Positions 62,367-64,000 of a DNA stretch of 64,000 bases are shown in pieces. The stretch's first letter is position 1. Each line of letters opens with the position of its first letter. A model generated the notes under the pieces. It searched no databases, was not told the DNA's origin, and was given only the letters and a program-made list of their open reading frames with translations. The position numbers were made by a program, and so were the translations under genes. This DNA is from Mobula hypostoma (lineage: Eukaryota): positions 73,968,001 through 74,032,000 of the forward strand of contig NC_086108.1 of NCBI RefSeq assembly GCF_963921235.1, written 5' to 3'.

Positions 62367-62567
62367 AAAAACGCAAACAACAGGAATTCTGCAGATGCTG
62401 GAAATTCAAGCAACACACATAAAAGTTGCTGGTGAAAGTAGCAGGCCAGGCAGCATCTCTAGGAAGAGGTACAGTCGATGAAGGGTCTCGGCCTGAAACA
62501 TCGACTGTACCTCTTCCTAGAGATGCTGCCTGGCCTGCTGCGTTCACCAGCAACTTTTATGTGTGTT
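62367..62567. mobile_element. Palindromic (fold-back) Penelope pLTR insertion
   Basis: 69-nt arms at 62412-62480 and 62499-62567 with 2 mismatches; 14-bp TSD ACTCCAATATATTT (62353-62366, 62568-62581). Confidence 0.9.
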
Positions 62568-63492
62568 ACTCCAATATATTTGTCATGTATCTTTTCTGCC
62601 AGCATGCAATGAAAGTGCAGCGAGATTGAAGTTAGCACTTGAACAACAGGCATCAAATCAGTTTCATTTAATTGTACTTATTGGAATACATCCATATTTA
62701 TCCTCTTTAATTGTATATAGTTCTTGTGCAGACACAGTCTGAAAAATGTTTATCAAATATTTTCACTGATTTGCATGCACAATTCAATTCCTTTAATTCA
62801 AAATCACACCCTCTCAGCCACCCACCTTTCCACATGTTCCATTTTCTCTTTTCTACTTCTCTGTTAGCCCCAAGCTGATCAGGCACAAAAATGTCAGCTA
62901 GCAACAAAAAAAAATAACATTTTGTCACAGGCACTGGATTTTCCTGCTTTCACATGCTTGCAACAACAGGACATAATATAATGAAAATACTTATCAACTT
63001 TCAGAAATTATTCTTTTCTAAATAGTTACTTTTGCATTAAAACCTCACTAAATCAGCCTCTGATCAAGAGAATGCAAAATGCACAGACTTCTGACATAAA
63101 TTAGTAGACCAACCCCTCCTGTCTTAAGATGAAGCAAGAATGGCTTGCAATTTGAAATTTACCTAAAATTGCTTCTCAATTATTATAGTATTAATTGAAT
63201 ATACAAGTAGCTGCAGCCATGCTTGTGTTAGTTTTCTGGGTGTGGTCTCACTGGGTATTATTTTGGCCTTATTTAAGGAGGGTTATACTTGAGTTGGAAG
63301 TAGTTCAGAGAAAGTTGACTAGTTTTGCTGAGATGAAAGGATTTAGCAGGTTAAATCCATACCCAAATTAAGTTTAAAGAGTGAAGAGGGGAAGCTGGTT
63401 TCCATAATGTGCTCTGCTATATCCACAACTCTCTGCAGTTACTTGCAGTCATACACAGATCAGTTGCCTTACCAAGCCATGAGGCATTCATA

Positions 63493-63716
63493 CAGCAAAC
63501 AGAAGAAAATCTACAGATGCTGGAAATCCAAGCAGCACACACAAAATGCTGAAGGAATTCAGCCAGCTAGGCAGCATCTATGGAAATGAACACAGTCGAC
63601 ATTTCAGGCCAAGACCCTTCAGCGGGACTCATCTTTCTTTCACCAGTCCTGCTGAAGGGTCTCAGCCCGAAACGTCGGCTGTCCTCTTTTCCATAGATAC
63701 TGCCTGGCCTGCTGAG
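63493..63716. mobile_element. Older inverted Penelope pLTR pair inside a Rex/Babar minus-strand remnant (~63405-63788)
   Basis: Degenerate hammerheads at 63594-63629 (minus) and 63645-63680 (plus). Confidence 0.7.
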
Positions 63717-64000
63717 ATGCTTTCTATCATGCGCCCATAAAAACTGCTAAGAATCAACGGGGACATTCATTAGACTCCTGAGAAAGTAAGGGCTCTGGAA
63801 TCAGTACCGAGGACTCGTGGGACTAACTCCTTCCGGCTTGCACACTGATATCACCCCCCTTCAAGTGGATCCATCCTCCTGGAGAAATAAGACATACATA
63901 GGGATTGTTTTAGAATGGCCTAGCTCATTTTACATTGCTCTATCTCAATGCAGTGCAGAGTCATGGAGACACAGGAAAGTACAGCAGAGAAACAGACCCT

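Overview
Eukaryotic, vertebrate non-coding DNA packed with transposable elements. The repeat mix (CR1, V-SINE, Neptune-type Penelope, Rex/Babar) suggests a cartilaginous fish such as a ray; this is inference. The only host coding sequence I can support is a 39-nt minus-strand exon (19434-19472, MDDSSILRRRGLQ|GTAAG) matching the N-terminus of MAST-family kinases (MAST3 or short MAST4-type isoform), so much of the window is probably MAST intron or upstream DNA. Mobile elements include three Ty3/Gypsy retrotransposons (Mag-like 9884-14792, CsRn1-like 30309-35140, and Gmr1-like with integrase before RT at ~49.8-55.4 kb), a full-length CR1 LINE (44.9-49.1 kb) plus many CR1/L2/Rex fragments, Tigger/Tc1 DNA-transposon derivatives, SINEs and a nearly intact Penelope-like element (55714-59357). 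The most interesting signal is a minimal type-I hammerhead ribozyme motif (AGUC-CUGACGA-stem II-GAAACGUC^GACU) in the Penelope pseudo-LTR. It is dispersed as small, TSD-flanked solo, tandem and palindromic insertions whose breakpoints repeatedly fall at the ribozyme. Boundaries of old repeats are approximate, and all family calls come from motif recognition, not database searches.
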